Source of the DNA: Candidatus Uhrbacteria bacterium
Lineage (GTDB): Bacteria > Patescibacteriota > Patescibacteriia > UBA9934 > GWF2-40-263
Length of the DNA: 64,000 nt
Direction: 5' to 3'
Assembly (NCBI GenBank): GCA_037131775.1
Contig: JBAXQK010000001.1
Coordinates: 76,708 to 140,707 of the forward strand
This document shows, piece after piece, positions 11,091-20,509 of the stretch. Position 1 is the stretch's first letter. Every line of letters begins with the position of its first letter. Position numbers and translations under genes: made by a program. The notes under the pieces were generated by a model. The model was given only the letters and a program-made list of their open reading frames with translations, ran no database searches and was not told the DNA's origin.

Positions 11091-12197
11091 ATGAAGCGAC
11101 TGATTCTTGCGCTCGCCATCGTCGGGGTTTTCACCGCGCCGTTTTCCGTGCGCGCGGGGGACGCTCAGAATGACAACGTTCCGTTTCGCGCCGTCGTGCA
11201 GAGCGTCGACAAGGCGTATTCCGATGAAAACGGACGGCCCCAGACGTCGTTTACGGCGGAGGGGTACGACGGAAAGACCTATCGCATCGACACGTCCTCC
11301 TCCCTCGGTGCCGGGATCCATTATCCGCTCAATGTCGGTGACCGCGTGGTTTTGGAACGCCTCGACAATCCGGACGGGACGCAGACGGTTTACTTCAACG
11401 ACGTCGTGCGAACTGGCGGGCTCTGGATTATCTTTGCCGTGTTTTCCCTCGCCGTCGTCGCGGTCGGGCTGACGCGCGGGATCATGGCGCTTGTCGGCCT
11501 CGCCCTGACCGTTCTCCTTTTGTTCGGATACATCGTTCCGTCGATCCTGGCCGGAAAGGACGCGGTGCTCGTAACGGTCGAGTCCTCGCTGCTCATCCTG
11601 GCCGTGAACATGCACCTGACCCACGGATGGAAACGGCAGACGCTCGCCGCGTTCGCTTCCACGGCGATCGGCGTGCTGATCGCCTGGCTGTTCGGCGGCT
11701 GGTTCGTCCATCTCGCGGCCCTCTCCGGGCTGACATCCGAGGAGGGATCGCTCCTGTATCTGCAGAACCTCGACGCGACGGTGAACACGTCCGGGATTCT
11801 CCTCGCGGGAATCATCCTCGGCGCGACCGGCGCGCTCGACGACATCGCCATCGCGCAGAGCGAGGTCGTATCCGAGCTGCGCGAAGCGAACCCGTCACTC
11901 TCAAAGAAGGAGCTGTTCGTCCGAGCCATGCGGGTCGGACGGCACCACATCGCCTCCATTGCCAATACGCTCGTCCTGGCCTATGCGGGCGCGGCACTTC
12001 CGATGTTTCTTCTTTTCTGGGCAACGCGATCCCTGACGATCGCGGACTTCCTCAACACGGAGGCGGTCGCCGAGGAAGTGGTCCGCACGCTCGCTGGAAC
12101 GATCGCGCTCGTGCTGACGGTTCCTCTTTCCACGTGGTTTGCCACATCGCTTGACGCATCTAAGAAAAAGCCCTATGATGGCCATCACGTTCACTGA
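11091..12197 (+). CDS. YibE/F family membrane protein
   Basis: GALDDIAIAQ, IANTLVLAYAG, AEEVVRTLAGTIALVLTVP. Confidence 0.9.
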   Translation: MKRLILALAIVGVFTAPFSVRAGDAQNDNVPFRAVVQSVDKAYSDENGRPQTSFTAEGYDGKTYRIDTSSSLGAGIHYPLNVGDRVVLERLDNPDGTQTVYFNDVVRTGGLWIIFAVFSLAVVAVGLTRGIMALVGLALTVLLLFGYIVPSILAGKDAVLVTVESSLLILAVNMHLTHGWKRQTLAAFASTAIGVLIAWLFGGWFVHLAALSGLTSEEGSLLYLQNLDATVNTSGILLAGIILGATGALDDIAIAQSEVVSELREANPSLSKKELFVRAMRVGRHHIASIANTLVLAYAGAALPMFLLFWATRSLTIADFLNTEAVAEEVVRTLAGTIALVLTVPLSTWFATSLDASKKKPYDGHHVH

Positions 12198-12215
12198 ACA
12201 TTCCTGATTAAACGT

Positions 12216-12671
12216 ATGCCAACCTACATTTCGGCCGAGGGGCTGAAAAAACTGATCGAGGAGTCGGAGACGCGCCGAACCGTTACGCGCAAGGAGATTG
12301 CGCAGTGCATTTCGGACGCGAAGGAGCTCGGGGATCTCTCCGAGAACTTCGAGTACCAGGACGCGAAGGAACGCCAGGGATCGAATGAGGTTCGCATCTC
12401 CGAGCTTGAGAGCATGATCAAGGATGCAATCGTCGTCGAACAGCAGGCGGGCGGCGACACCATCGGCCTTGGCACCACGTTCAAGGCCGAGGCAAACGGC
12501 GTCCCGCGCACGTTCCAAATCGTCGGGTCGAACGAGGCCAAGCCGTTCGAGGGCAAGATCAGCAATGAGTCGCCCATCGGAATGGCATTCATCGGCGGCA
12601 AGGTCGGAGAAGATATCTCCGTGGAGATTCCCACCGGAACGATGGTTTACAGAATCACGGAAATCTCCTAA
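12216..12671 (+). CDS. greA: Transcription elongation factor GreA
   Basis: GDLSENFEY, ISNESPIG. Confidence 0.97.
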   Translation: MPTYISAEGLKKLIEESETRRTVTRKEIAQCISDAKELGDLSENFEYQDAKERQGSNEVRISELESMIKDAIVVEQQAGGDTIGLGTTFKAEANGVPRTFQIVGSNEAKPFEGKISNESPIGMAFIGGKVGEDISVEIPTGTMVYRITEIS

Positions 12672-12704
12672 GATACGGGGGTAAAATCCCCGTATTTTCG
12701 TTAT

Positions 12705-14168
12705 ATGATCGAAGAGGAATCCGTTCGCCGATTGCGCCTGGAACGGCTGAAACTGGCGGGAAACGACCCCTATCCGGCTCGCGTCGAACGCACGCACACC
12801 GTGGCCAAGTTCGGCCAGCATTTTGATACGCTTCTTGCCGACATGACCGTCGTGACCATGGCCGGACGCATGCGCACCATCCGCAAGCACGGCGGGCTTA
12901 CGTTCGCGCAGCTTGAGGACGGATCAGGGACGATCCAGATCGCGCTTCGACGCGATCATCTTGGCGAGGAGACCTACGCGTTCTTCCATGACACGGCCGA
13001 CATGGGCGATTTCGTCGAGGCAAAAGGAGTCGCGTTCGTGACGAAGACGGGACAGCGGACGCTCGACGTCCAGTCGTATCGGATCATTACGAAGACGCTT
13101 TTGCCAATGCCGGAAAAGTGGCACGGCCTTTCCGATACCGAGATTCGCTATCGTCAGCGATACCTCGACCTGATCGCAAACGAGCAGGTCCGCTCGATCT
13201 TCAAGACGCGCGCAAAGATCGTCACGACCATTCGCGCGTATCTCGACCGCCACGGCTGCCTCGAGGTCGATACGCCGGTCCTGCAGATCGTCCCGGGCGG
13301 AGCGAGCGCCAGGCCGTTCCAGACGCATCACAACGCCCTCGACGCCGACATGTACCTCCGCGTCGCGCCGGAGCTGTATCTCAAGCGCTGCGTCGTCGGC
13401 GGATTCGAGCGCGTCTACGAGGTTGCCCGCTGCTTCCGCAACGAGGGGATCGACCACTCGCACAACCCGGAGTTCACGCAGGTGGAAGGCTACATCGCCT
13501 ACATGGATTACGAGCAGCTGATGGCCTTCCTCGAGGAAATGCTCCGCGAGGTGATCGTTGCCTGCGGGCTCGACCCGGCCGCGGTCCCGTTCAAGGGGAA
13601 CCTTTTGAACTTTGCCGACGCCTGGCCGCGCATCACCTTCCGCGACGCGATCCTTTCGCACGCGAAGATTGACATCGAGAACTATCCCGACCGCGATTCC
13701 ATCGCGAAGCAGGCCGCGAAGATGGGCGTGCCGGTCGCCACGACCGACGGACACGCGACGATCGTCGACAATATCTACAAGAACTTCGTCCGCCCGAACA
13801 TCGTCCAGCCGACGTATCTCATCGACTATCCGGTTGAGATCTCTCCGCTTGCCAAGCGCAAGACGGGCGATCCGCGATACGTCGAGATGTTCCAGCTTGT
13901 CTACGGCGGCGGCGTGGAAAACATCAAGGCGTTCTCCGAGCTGAACGACCCGCTCGACCAGGAGGAACGGTTCCGCCAGCAGCAGGCCGCGCGCGACGGC
14001 GGCGACGAGGAGGCGCAGTTCGGAGACGACGACTACGTGGTCGCGCTCAAGCACGGCATGCCGCCGACCGCCGGGTTCGGCATCGGCATCGACCGCCTTG
14101 CCGCCACGCTGACCGATTCGCACAACCTGAAGGAGGTCATCCTGTTCCCGACGCTCAAGCCGGTATGA
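12705..14168 (+). CDS. lysS: Lysine--tRNA ligase (class II)
   Basis: YRQRYLDL, GGASARPF, FRNEGID, GMPPTAGFGIGIDRL. Confidence 0.98.
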   Translation: MIEEESVRRLRLERLKLAGNDPYPARVERTHTVAKFGQHFDTLLADMTVVTMAGRMRTIRKHGGLTFAQLEDGSGTIQIALRRDHLGEETYAFFHDTADMGDFVEAKGVAFVTKTGQRTLDVQSYRIITKTLLPMPEKWHGLSDTEIRYRQRYLDLIANEQVRSIFKTRAKIVTTIRAYLDRHGCLEVDTPVLQIVPGGASARPFQTHHNALDADMYLRVAPELYLKRCVVGGFERVYEVARCFRNEGIDHSHNPEFTQVEGYIAYMDYEQLMAFLEEMLREVIVACGLDPAAVPFKGNLLNFADAWPRITFRDAILSHAKIDIENYPDRDSIAKQAAKMGVPVATTDGHATIVDNIYKNFVRPNIVQPTYLIDYPVEISPLAKRKTGDPRYVEMFQLVYGGGVENIKAFSELNDPLDQEERFRQQQAARDGGDEEAQFGDDDYVVALKHGMPPTAGFGIGIDRLAATLTDSHNLKEVILFPTLKPV

Positions 14169-14953
14169 GGACCGTCCTGACCTTCGGGACGTTCGACGCG
14201 TTCCATCCCGGTCATGAGTATGTCCTCGCCAAGGCGGCCGCGCTCGGCGACCGGCTTGTGGTCGGCGTCGCGCGCGATTCGCACGTCCGCGAGCTTAAGA
14301 ACAAGGAGCCGCGGGATGACGAGCGGGTCCGGCTCGACCGGATTCTCGCGCACCCGCTAGTATCCGACGCGCGTCTGAGCGACGAGAAGCTTGGATCGTA
14401 CGAGATTCTCGACGACTTGAAGCCCGACGTCGTCGCCATCGGCCATGACCAGCACGCGCTGCGCGAGAGTCTAGAGGCATGGATGTCGTCGACCGGCAAA
14501 GCCATCCCGCTGGTCCGGCTAGACCTGTCCGTCCCGCGCCCCATCAAGACCGTCCCCATCGCCGTGGCCCTCGCCATGCGCGACGGAAAGCTCTTGCTCC
14601 TCCAACGGCGCGACGAAAACCCGATGTGGAACCGCAAATGGGAATTCCCGGGCGGAAAGATCGAGAGCGGGGAAGACCCGGCCGACGCGATGCGTCGCGA
14701 GCTCCTTGAGGAGACCGGGCTTGCCGCGACAACCTGCGACTTTCTCGGAACGCATACCCACGACTGGGACCTCTCCGAACGAATCCTCCGCGTCGTGCTC
14801 CACTGCTTCCGCTGCGACCTCGCCGATGGCGACGTCCTCCGCGAGGACCGCGCCGCGTTCGACCACGCCTGGGCAACCCCCGCCGAAGCCCTGACCTACG
14901 ACCTCCTCGAAGCCAACGCCGACCTTATCCGCAAATTCGTAGGAAGTTCGTAA
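14165..14953 (+). CDS. Cytidylyltransferase-like (RibL/TagD type) domain fused to Nudix hydrolase
   Basis: FGTFDAFHPGH and KPDVVAIGHDQ, followed by Nudix box GGKIESGEDPADAMRRELLEETG. Confidence 0.88.
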   Translation: MRTVLTFGTFDAFHPGHEYVLAKAAALGDRLVVGVARDSHVRELKNKEPRDDERVRLDRILAHPLVSDARLSDEKLGSYEILDDLKPDVVAIGHDQHALRESLEAWMSSTGKAIPLVRLDLSVPRPIKTVPIAVALAMRDGKLLLLQRRDENPMWNRKWEFPGGKIESGEDPADAMRRELLEETGLAATTCDFLGTHTHDWDLSERILRVVLHCFRCDLADGDVLREDRAAFDHAWATPAEALTYDLLEANADLIRKFVGSS

Positions 14954-14996
14954 TCAGAAAAAAGAATTCGTAATAAGCGAAGCGTATCCGTAAGCT

Positions 14997-16133
14997 GTGA
15001 ACTATAAGACCTGGATCGAACTCGACGAACGAGCCCTGACGCACAACATCGTTGCGCTGAAGGGTTTGCTTTCCGAAGGGGCCAAGTTCTGCGCGGTCCT
15101 GAAGGCGAACGCGTACGGCCACGGGTTCGTCGAGGTCGCGCGCATCGCGGCCCGGTGCAACGTGGACGCGTTCGCGGTCGACAATATCGACGAGGCACTC
15201 GTGCTCCGCGCAATGCTTCCGTCCGCCCTCGTGCTCGTGCTCGGATACACCCTCAAGGAGCGATACGCCGACGCAATCAACAATGAGATCCATCTGACCG
15301 TCTACGAAAAGGACCAGGTCGTCGCGCTCGAATACGCCGGGGCGGAGCACGCGAAGACCGCGTTCATCCACCTGAAGATCGAGACGGGAACGGCACGCCA
15401 GGGCGTTCTTCCGGACCACCTGTACGACGTGCTCGAGGTCGTCGGCGCCTCCTCGCACGTGGCGCTCGCCGGAGTTTCGACGCACTTCGCGAACGTGGAG
15501 GACACGACCGACACGTCGTTCGCAAACCGACAGTTCGCCCTGTTCCAGGAAGTCGTCGGGGCGATTCGGAACGCGGGATATCGGCCCGAGTGGGTCCATT
15601 GTTCCAACTCCGCGGCAACGATCCTGTATCCCGACACGCACGGGTCCCTCGTCCGCGTCGGCATCGCGATGTACGGGATCTGGCCGTCGGAAATCGTCGA
15701 GCAGACCGTGCGACGGCATAACGTGCCGCTCGAGCTCGAGCCTGTCCTCGCGTGGAAGACCCGCATCGCGCAGGTGAAGTCGCTTCCCGCCGGAACGCCG
15801 ATCAGCTACGGGATGACCGAGGTCCTTCGAAAGGCCAGTCGCATCGCCGTTCTTCCCGTCGGCTACTGGGACGGATTCGATCGCGGTCTCTCCTCCGTCG
15901 CGGAGGTTCTCGTGAACGGCATCCGGTGCAAGGTCATGGGACGCGTCTGCATGAACATGGTCATGGTGGACGTCTCGGCGGTCCCCCAGGTCGAGCCCGA
16001 GCAGGAGGTCGTCCTCATCGGACGCTCGGGACGGTTCGTCGTCGCGGCGGAGGAAATGGCCGCCCATGCCGGGACGATCAGCTACGAGACGCTGACTCGC
16101 ATCAACCCGCTGTTGCCGCGGATCGTGATATAA
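14997..16133 (+). CDS. alr: Alanine racemase
   Basis: AVLKANAYGHG, HLKIETG, GYWDG, GRVCMN, TISYE. Confidence 0.96.
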   Translation: MNYKTWIELDERALTHNIVALKGLLSEGAKFCAVLKANAYGHGFVEVARIAARCNVDAFAVDNIDEALVLRAMLPSALVLVLGYTLKERYADAINNEIHLTVYEKDQVVALEYAGAEHAKTAFIHLKIETGTARQGVLPDHLYDVLEVVGASSHVALAGVSTHFANVEDTTDTSFANRQFALFQEVVGAIRNAGYRPEWVHCSNSAATILYPDTHGSLVRVGIAMYGIWPSEIVEQTVRRHNVPLELEPVLAWKTRIAQVKSLPAGTPISYGMTEVLRKASRIAVLPVGYWDGFDRGLSSVAEVLVNGIRCKVMGRVCMNMVMVDVSAVPQVEPEQEVVLIGRSGRFVVAAEEMAAHAGTISYETLTRINPLLPRIVI

Positions 16134-16142
16134 TTCAACGGT

Positions 16143-17069
16143 ATGCGACCCCGCGACCAATTTCGACTGCTGCAGAAAAAACGGTACGATGCCAAGCGTT
16201 TTTCAAATCCGTACTTCCAAACGAAGCCGAAGCGAAACTGGCGCGGAATCGTGATCGCCACCGGCGTCGGCCTGGGCTTGTTCTGCCTCGTGGCCGTCAT
16301 CTTCGCCTCGCCATTCTTTGCCATCCAGCGCGTCGACGTGACGGGAACGGACACAATCTCTCCAACGGAGATCGTCCAAAAGGCATGGGAACAGCTCCGT
16401 ACGCGCCGCCTTGTTTTTTTCAACGGGACGAACCGATTCCTTTACGACGAATCGCGGCTGCGCGCCGCCCTTGGCTCGGCATACGCGTTTGAAACTCTTG
16501 CGATTCGCGAAGTTTGCGATTGGAAAGGCGGGGGATGCGGACTGACGATTGCCGTACACGAGAAGACGTCCCAGCTGCTCTGGATGTCCGGCGACCGACT
16601 CTACCTCGCCGACCTTCAGGGCGTCGTCATCCGAGAGCTGGCGCCCGAGGAGGTCGCGGCATGGAAGGCCCCGGAGCCGCCGCCCCAGAACCCGCTTCCG
16701 GACGGATCGCTCCCCATCTCGGTGCCGATCGACCCGCTTCGAAAGCTTCCGCTGTTCGTCGATGTCAACGCCTCTCCGACAAGCGTCGGATCTGCCGTAC
16801 TGACGAAGGACGAGGTCGCGAACCTCTTCGCCTTCGAGCAACGGCTCGGCGACATGAGGATTCTTTTCTCGCAGGTAAACATCGACCGTCTCGCGGGAAA
16901 GTGGATGGCCGTGAAAACCCTGGCCGGGTTCAACATCCTCATCGACGCCTCCGGCGATATCCCGGCCCAGATTCTCAACCTCCAGGTTCTGCTGCGCGAC
17001 ACGCTGAAGGACACGTCGAATCTGCAGTATATCGACCTGAGGTTCGGCGACCACGTATATTATAAATAG
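16143..17069 (+). CDS. FtsQ/DivIB-like POTRA-domain protein
   Basis: single TM, then SPFFAIQRVDVTG; C-terminal YIDLRFGDHVYYK. Confidence 0.8.
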   Translation: MRPRDQFRLLQKKRYDAKRFSNPYFQTKPKRNWRGIVIATGVGLGLFCLVAVIFASPFFAIQRVDVTGTDTISPTEIVQKAWEQLRTRRLVFFNGTNRFLYDESRLRAALGSAYAFETLAIREVCDWKGGGCGLTIAVHEKTSQLLWMSGDRLYLADLQGVVIRELAPEEVAAWKAPEPPPQNPLPDGSLPISVPIDPLRKLPLFVDVNASPTSVGSAVLTKDEVANLFAFEQRLGDMRILFSQVNIDRLAGKWMAVKTLAGFNILIDASGDIPAQILNLQVLLRDTLKDTSNLQYIDLRFGDHVYYK

Positions 17070-17078
17070 ACGAACCCT

Positions 17079-18377
17079 ATGACCCCGCTCATTTCCTACG
17101 ACGACAGCCACATGCTCATTTCGGCCAAGGATCGCAAATCCGTTCAGAAACGACTCATCGCCGCTCACAAGCAACTGGAGATTCTGCGTGTCAGCGACGA
17201 ACAAGGCTTCTTTGGACTGCCGGACGATTCGGGGACGGTAAGAATCGTCGAGAGGCTCGCGAAGAAAGTCCAGGCGAAGTTCGACCGCCTGATCGTCATC
17301 GGGATCGGCGGGTCCGACCTTGGGGCGCGTACGATCTGGCACGCGCTTGGCGAGAGGAAGATGTCGTTGGAGTTCGTGAGCAACCCGGACCCTGAGACGA
17401 TCTACCACGTGCTCGCCACCACGGACTGGTCGAAGACGGCCATCAACGTCATCTCAAAGTCCGGAACGACGCTCGAGACCATGGCGGTATTCATGACGCT
17501 TCGCCAGGGCCTTATTAACGCAGTCGGAATCGCGGCACACCGAGAACACATTGTCGCCACGACGGATCCGTCGGAAGCCAGCACGCTGTATCGGATTGCC
17601 ATGGAAGAGGGCTATGCGATCCTTCCGCACCCGCTGAACGTCGGAGGACGCTTTTCCGTCCTCTCCGTCGTCGGGTTGTTCCCGGCGGCTGCAAGCGGCG
17701 TGAACGTTCGCAAGCTGCTTGCCGGAGCCGCGACGGTCGAAACCGAACGGCGCGTCAAGATCGCGGATAGTCTTCCTGCGCGACTAGCGACAAACCAATA
17801 CCTTGCCATGACGCAGCATGGACGCGATATCCACGTCCTGATGCCGTACGCGGACCTGTTGCACGAGTTCGGATTCTGGTACCGCCAGATTTGGGCAGAA
17901 TCGCTTGGGAAGGTCCGCGACGGGGAATCCGTCGGTCCGACCCCGATCGCCGCGTTCGGCGCCATCGACCAGCACTCGCAGATCCAGCTGTACAACGAGG
18001 GTCCAGACAACAAGACTGTTACGTTCATCGAAGTTGAATCGTTTCGACGCTCGTTGCGCGTTCCGAAGGTCTGGGGCGACAAACAGGGGATCGGATACGT
18101 CGGCGGACTTTCGTTCGCGGACATCCTGCATGCCGAGCGCGCCGGAACGGAACACGCCCTCGCAAGTCACGGACGACCGAGCGGGACGATTACGATCCCG
18201 AAGATCTCGGAGGAATCGCTTGGAGCGCTGTTTATGCTATTTGAGACGGCGACGGCCTACATGGGGGAACTGCTGCAAGTGAACGCTTTCAACCAGCCGG
18301 GCGTCGAGGCGGGGAAGAAGGAGGCGAAGAAAATTCTCGAGACGGCGGGGAAGAAATCCGCGAAGACGAAGGGTTAG
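17079..18377 (+). CDS. pgi: Glucose-6-phosphate isomerase
   Basis: GIGGSDLG, ISKSGTTLET, VGGRFSVLS, QIWAESLGK, FNQPGVEAGK. Confidence 0.96.
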   Translation: MTPLISYDDSHMLISAKDRKSVQKRLIAAHKQLEILRVSDEQGFFGLPDDSGTVRIVERLAKKVQAKFDRLIVIGIGGSDLGARTIWHALGERKMSLEFVSNPDPETIYHVLATTDWSKTAINVISKSGTTLETMAVFMTLRQGLINAVGIAAHREHIVATTDPSEASTLYRIAMEEGYAILPHPLNVGGRFSVLSVVGLFPAAASGVNVRKLLAGAATVETERRVKIADSLPARLATNQYLAMTQHGRDIHVLMPYADLLHEFGFWYRQIWAESLGKVRDGESVGPTPIAAFGAIDQHSQIQLYNEGPDNKTVTFIEVESFRRSLRVPKVWGDKQGIGYVGGLSFADILHAERAGTEHALASHGRPSGTITIPKISEESLGALFMLFETATAYMGELLQVNAFNQPGVEAGKKEAKKILETAGKKSAKTKG

Positions 18378-18963
18378 GACTTGTTGTGTCGTAAAATATC
18401 GATAGGTTGAGTGATGGATTGAAGGGGACCGAGGTTCGAAGAGTCTCGGGGATGCGGATTGAATTTTGGCCAGGGACGGATCCGCGTATCGATTCGGATC
18501 CGTTTTGGTCTCTACGGCGACGACAACGCGAACAAAATAAAAATGCCAAAAATGTAAAGGCCTCTAATTTGATTTTGGGGGTATGTAGGTACGTCTCGTT
18601 TTAAAACTCCATTTTGAGAAAACGATACGGAGCGTCAGAGACGACGTGAGACCCGTACTGAGACACCTGGAAATCGTCCTGGAGGCGTTTATGTCGTCTA
18701 AGGCGACCTGGGATAGATCATGCCGTCGAAACCACAAGCGCGATCCGATTGAATCGCAAGTACCGCAGAAGAACAATTCTGAAGGATCTCGATCAGCATG
18801 GTTCTAACGACAGGTTCTGCACATATCGCAAAACACGGGCAAACAGCGTAAAACACCGAATATCCCGTGTCTTATTTTCTGCTCTATTTAGCCCACTTCT
18901 GACACTATGCGCCGTCTAAGTTACAGAAGACGACGCTTAAGATCACCTTCTCGGAAGGTCATT
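18378..18963. other. Long lower-GC non-coding region between convergent genes
   Basis: 586 bp without a credible ORF; G/T-rich on the left, C/A-rich on the right; hairpin ACGGATCCG-N10-CGGATCCGT at 18476-18503. Confidence 0.6.
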
Positions 18964-19185
18964 CTACCTCATGAACCAAGCCGTTGAGAACCCCGCGAAG
19001 TACGTCATTGCAAGCAATGCCGCCCCAACAACGAATATGCCGACTCCAAGCATCATGATCCCTTTGATCGAGTCGTCATCCTCGGCGGCGCCTAGCATCA
19101 TGTACGCGCTGATGACGACGAAGACCGTCAACGGCGTAACCGCCATCGCCCATGCGACAACCTTCAGTGCGAGATCGAGATCCAT
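18964..19185 (-). CDS. Small two-TM membrane protein
   Basis: 73 aa, two hydrophobic helices; 6 nt downstream of the M23 gene. Confidence 0.7.
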   Translation of the reverse strand: MDLDLALKVVAWAMAVTPLTVFVVISAYMMLGAAEDDDSIKGIMMLGVGIFVVGAALLAMTYFAGFSTAWFMR

Positions 19186-19191
19186 AGCAAT

Positions 19192-20448
19192 TTATTCAAG
19201 CGGTGTGTGATCAAGATAGTTGAGCGGATTCACCGGGATGCCGTTTAACCGAACTTCGTAGTGCAGGTGCGCTCCGGTCGAAAGTCCCGCGCCCTGCATT
19301 CCAGGGACTCCGCCGGAAAGTCCGATCACCGTTCCGCGTCCGACGTACTCGTCCTGCTTTACGGCAAACTTCGATAGGTGGGCGTAGAGCGTCGCGATGC
19401 CGTCGGAGTGGATCACCATCACATAGTTGCCATACTGCGTTCCGGTCTTCGTCCAAGCCACGTATCCCGGCGCGGATGATTTTACCGGAGTGCCGAGCGG
19501 CGTCGGTATATCGATTCCCGGATGCTCGAACAGATGTCGGAACGGATAGGTCGGATCATGATAAAGCGTCGAGAGCCCCTTGTTCGGAGCCAACGGCCAT
19601 GAGATGACACTGCTCCCCTGCCCCGTATTGTCCAGAGTCGACAATTTGCGCTCAACCTCGCCCTGGAGGGCACCAATCTCCTGGCTGACGGACTGCTGTT
19701 CCGCGTGAATGCTTGATAAAAAACCCTGAAATGCGCTTTCCGTGCGCAGCGTTTGAGCGAGAAGAAACTGCTTTGCCTCCTTTTCCTCGTCGAGCTGACC
19801 CTTTTGGCGCAATTGGTCGGCCTGGAGATCGGCAAGGCGCGTGCGTTTTCCAACCTGCGCGGCACGGTCATTTATCACGGACGTACGCTCGGCCTCCGCG
19901 CGCGTCAGCGCGTTCTTCAGGTCTCCCGTGACGCTTGAAAGCTGCTGCAGTCGGTCGAACAGCTCGCCAAACGAATCCGAGCCGAACAGGAGCTGCAGCG
20001 TCATGTCGTTGTCATACGTGTCCATCTTGCGGAGAATGTCGCCAAGGGATGCACGGTCGAGTTCAAGCTGATGCTCGATCGCGTCGGCGCGGATCTGCAG
20101 AAGCTGGATCTCGTCGTTCGTGGCCGAGATGTCCTCGTCGGTAGCCGAGATGTCCAGTTCGGTCTTTGCCACGCGGTTGTCGAGCAATTCCATCTCGCTT
20201 ACGAGCGTCGCGCTCTGCGCCTCCGCATCGGCGATCTTTTTCTTGTACGTGGCCACGCTCCCGTTCAGCTTATCCACCTCCGCCTTCTTCTGCGCGATCT
20301 GATCGTTCAGGTCCGTGATCGTTCCTGCCGCCTTGGAATCGCTTACGGCGACGGTCGACGCCGAATCCGTCGTATCCGCGAACGCAAACCGCACGGCGAC
20401 AAACGTCGTGACCATCAGCACGGGGATGACGAAGAACAATTTTTTCAT
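19192..20448 (-). CDS. Coiled-coil M23 peptidase (EnvC/CwlO-like murein hydrolase or activator)
   Basis: signal peptide MKKLFF..., long coiled coil, HPGID, TLYAHLS, STGAHLHYEV. Confidence 0.92.
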   Translation of the reverse strand: MKKLFFVIPVLMVTTFVAVRFAFADTTDSASTVAVSDSKAAGTITDLNDQIAQKKAEVDKLNGSVATYKKKIADAEAQSATLVSEMELLDNRVAKTELDISATDEDISATNDEIQLLQIRADAIEHQLELDRASLGDILRKMDTYDNDMTLQLLFGSDSFGELFDRLQQLSSVTGDLKNALTRAEAERTSVINDRAAQVGKRTRLADLQADQLRQKGQLDEEKEAKQFLLAQTLRTESAFQGFLSSIHAEQQSVSQEIGALQGEVERKLSTLDNTGQGSSVISWPLAPNKGLSTLYHDPTYPFRHLFEHPGIDIPTPLGTPVKSSAPGYVAWTKTGTQYGNYVMVIHSDGIATLYAHLSKFAVKQDEYVGRGTVIGLSGGVPGMQGAGLSTGAHLHYEVRLNGIPVNPLNYLDHTPLE

Positions 20449-20460
20449 GTTGTCGATCTC

Positions 20461-20500
20461 GTTCCCCCTCCTCATAGGGAGGAGGGGTCAGGGGTAGTCG
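20461..20500 (+). repeat. CCCCTCCT hairpin element, copy 1 (intergenic)
   Basis: GTTC-CCCCTCCTC-ATAGG-GAGGAGGGG-TCAGGGGTAGTCG between gltX and the M23 gene. Confidence 0.95.
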
Positions 20501-20509
20501 TCGCGCTTC

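Noticed and set aside
18447-18604. Possible tmRNA (GGGGATG start and an A-rich run before GCC AAA AAT)
   Set aside because: The putative tag reads AKNVKASNLILGVCRYVSF with no ALAA-like end, and no T-arm/CCA 3' end was found.
20466-20475. Hairpin element providing the start codon or SD for the M23 peptidase
   Set aside because: The signal peptide begins at ATG 20448 and AGGAGG is about 18 nt upstream, too far for an SD.
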